DNA of 64,000 nucleotides from Parcubacteria group bacterium Gr01-1014_8 (GTDB taxonomy: Bacteria; Patescibacteriota; Minisyncoccia; Phycocordibacterales; UBA2100): NCBI GenBank assembly GCA_007376385.1, contig VMGC01000002.1, positions 96,001-160,000 on the forward strand, read 5' to 3'. The position numbers were made by a program, and so were the translations under genes. Shown in pieces: positions 63,476 through 64,000 of the stretch. Position 1 is the stretch's first letter. Each line of letters opens with the position of its first letter. The notes beneath the pieces are model-generated. The model saw nothing but the letters and a program-made list of their open reading frames with translations, had not been told where the DNA came from and searched no databases.

Positions 63476-64000
63476 ATGCAACATCTGATCGAAACCCAGC
63501 AGTTCGATAGAGAAGCTCTTAGCAAATTGTTTGCGCTTGCGACCACTCTTGAGGGGAAGCGCGAAGAATCACTCAAAGGCAAGATACTTGCCTCTCTTTT
63601 TTACGCACCGTCCACTCGAACGCGGCTTTCATTCGAATCAGCGATGATGCGGCTCGGAGGCAATGTTCTTTCGATGGAAAATGCAAGCGAATCATCGTCG
63701 GCAACAAAAGGCGAGACAATCGAAGACACGATACGCATCGTGGATGATTATGCCGACATTATCGTCCTCAGACACACGGAAGTCGGGACTGCGGCGAAGG
63801 CGGCAGCTGTCTCGGAAGTTCCCATTATCAATGCAGGAGATGGCATTGGACAACACCCGACGCAAGCGTTTCTCGATCTGTATACAATAGAGCGCGAAAT
63901 AGGGCGCACAGACGACTTCCACATTGCATTTGTGGGTAATCTTGCGTATTACCGGACCGCGCGTTCGCTTGCGTATCTTTTGGGAAAATACAATAAAGTA
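63476..64000 (+). CDS. pyrB: aspartate carbamoyltransferase catalytic subunit, 5' partial (runs off window)
   Basis: Hand translation MQHLIETQQFDREAL...STRTRLSFE...NAGDGIGQHPTQAFLDLYTIE; not in the ORF track because no stop falls within the window. Confidence 0.8.
   Translation, partial: MQHLIETQQFDREALSKLFALATTLEGKREESLKGKILASLFYAPSTRTRLSFESAMMRLGGNVLSMENASESSSATKGETIEDTIRIVDDYADIIVLRHTEVGTAAKAAAVSEVPIINAGDGIGQHPTQAFLDLYTIEREIGRTDDFHIAFVGNLAYYRTARSLAYLLGKYNKV

Noticed and set aside
1-64000. CRISPR array, cas genes, integrase, transposase, restriction-modification or toxin-antitoxin pairs
   Set aside because: I looked for short regularly spaced direct repeats and for characteristic protein motifs. 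I found none. The XRE (49448) + membrane protein pair lacks toxin features.

Overview
The window is a gene-dense (about 90% coding) stretch of bacterial chromosome containing housekeeping and central-metabolism genes.

The main operon-like blocks are:
- fumC, an aldo/keto reductase, eno, gpmI, miaA;
- parB, rel, topA, dprA, serS;
- dus, dnaX;
- proA-proC-proB;
- a long co-directional block thrA-asd-zwf-gnd-glpX-fba;
- a sensor-fused otsA next to an IMPase-family gene;
- argG-argH-argF, followed by a partial pyrB at the right edge.

I recognise three tRNAs by hand-folding: Trp-CCA and Gln-TTG on the + strand, and Leu-CAA on the - strand. Many proteins are short-form (DnaX 366 aa, Rel 509 aa, ProB without PUA). 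Starts are tightly packed with 4-nt overlaps, and TTG/GTG starts are plausible. A reduced-genome, possibly Patescibacteria-like, organism is consistent but not provable from here.

I found no CRISPR array, integrase, transposase or phage genes.

The most notable non-genic signals are:
- a 16-nt motif TATCTCA[CT]GGGGTATA present 8 times as 4 inverted pairs, each copy sitting 8-30 nt upstream of a start codon and ending in a -10-like TATACT (leaderless-type promoters);
- a ~97-nt near-identical direct repeat carrying an 11-bp hairpin at 34.0 kb and 61.9 kb, each immediately upstream of a membrane-transport gene;
- a hairpin-rich ~75-nt repeat family at 49.2 and 62.6 kb;
- a riboswitch-like leader with mutually exclusive helices upstream of thrA;
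- a structured ~150-nt intergenic element between dprA and topA;
- an in-frame repeat-laden insertion inside gnd.

Notable proteins are:
- a membrane-anchored NirK-type copper nitrite reductase;
- an LRR protein;
- a Met-rich thioredoxin next to a DipZ-like CcdA-Trx fusion;
- a 651-aa HD-domain protein;
- a Cys-rich secreted protein;
- a transmembrane sensor-OtsA fusion.
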